The notes under the pieces: generated by a model
What the model was told of the DNA's origin: nothing
What the model saw: the letters and a program-made list of their open reading frames with translations, nothing else
Database searches by the model: none
Program-made: the position numbers and the translations under genes
From: Escherichia phage vB_EcoM_E9
Direction: 5' to 3' (one strand)
Sequence record: PP886229
Length of the DNA: 64,000 bases
In this document: piece by piece, positions 63,360-64,000 of the stretch
How the letters are laid out: each line of letters begins with the position of its first letter
Numbering within the stretch: the stretch's first letter is position 1

Positions 63360-64000
63360 TAGGGGCTGTTAAGTTACTTTGAAGTTACGTAAAAGAGGCT
63401 ACAAAGTTACGTAAATGCTAGCCCCCTTAACATTCTCTTAACAATTTCTTAACAATCCCTACATAGTTATGCTTGTTAGAGACTTGTTAGCCCCTTGTTA
63501 AATCTCTGTTAAGACCACGTAAAAGCCTTGTAAGAGTCTTTAGCATAGCCTTTAAAGCCTCTGTAAAGCCCTATAAAGAGGTGTCTACATAGTTGGGGTG
63601 TAATTACTAGGAAGAGACTTAAAAGAGCTTACAAAGAGCTATAGAGAACTTTTAAGAGGTATGTTTAGAGAATCACTAAGAAAGAGAGGGAACTATAGAC
63701 CAAGAGATAGTGACCATGTTAATAGCTTGTTAAAAAGATTAAACACTTGTTAGGAATTTGTTAATTATCTTAACAAAATAACTCTTAAAAATTAACTTGT
63801 TAGCTCTTATTAGTCATCTGTTAAGACTCTGTAAAACCTATGTATCAACTGTTAAGAAACTGTTACACCCTTGTTAGCTCTGTTAAGAATCTGTTAAGAC
63901 CTCTGAAGAGATGTTAAGAGGTTGTAAGAACTGTTAAGAGATTGTTAAGGATATTTTAAAATTTTGCAAAGGGGATGTTACAGGGATGTTAAGGGCTACC
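63360..64000. repeat. array of YTGTTARG motifs, helically phased at the 3' end
   Basis: At least 15 copies of (c/t)tgtta(a/g)g(a); from about 63849 to 63945 ten copies recur every 9-11 bp; no ORF of 60 aa or more; array runs to the window edge. Confidence 0.6.

Noticed and set aside
62919-64000. tRNA genes in the 3' non-coding region
   Set aside because: No cloverleaf-compatible segment with a GTTC-type T-arm and acceptor-stem pairing recognised by eye; would need tRNAscan-SE/ARAGORN to exclude fully.

Overview
This window reads as a contiguous piece of a virulent, tailed dsDNA phage genome (about 39-40% GC by eye, densely packed ORFs, no integrase or att site seen). Gene content recalls Felix O1-type myoviruses, but that is recollection, not a search result. 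Four blocks are visible. (1) 1-16.8 kb, + strand: contractile-tail morphogenesis module (putative sheath, tube, frameshifted chaperone pair, tape measure, baseplate genes, two His-x-His-repeat tail fibres). (2) 16.8-27.3 kb, - strand: thymidylate synthase, DHFR, ATP-dependent ligase, family A DNA polymerase and small ORFs, with an unusual G-depleted pentamer-periodic repeat family bracketing a two-gene module. (3) 27.5-56.9 kb, + strand: dNMP kinase, T7-type primase-helicase, SSB-like protein, FEN-type exonuclease, aerobic and anaerobic ribonucleotide reductases, a Prs-like plus NAMPT-like pair (candidate NAD+ reconstitution counter-defence module), rIIA/rIIB, a candidate lysis cassette and a macro-domain protein. 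(4) 57-63 kb, + strand: 13 small early-type ORFs, each behind one of two conserved promoter/hairpin/RBS modules, then a 1.1 kb non-coding region with helically phased YTGTTARG repeats. All protein calls rest on motifs read by eye and gene order; regulatory coordinates are approximate (about +/-2 nt). No tRNA, rRNA or CRISPR array was recognised.
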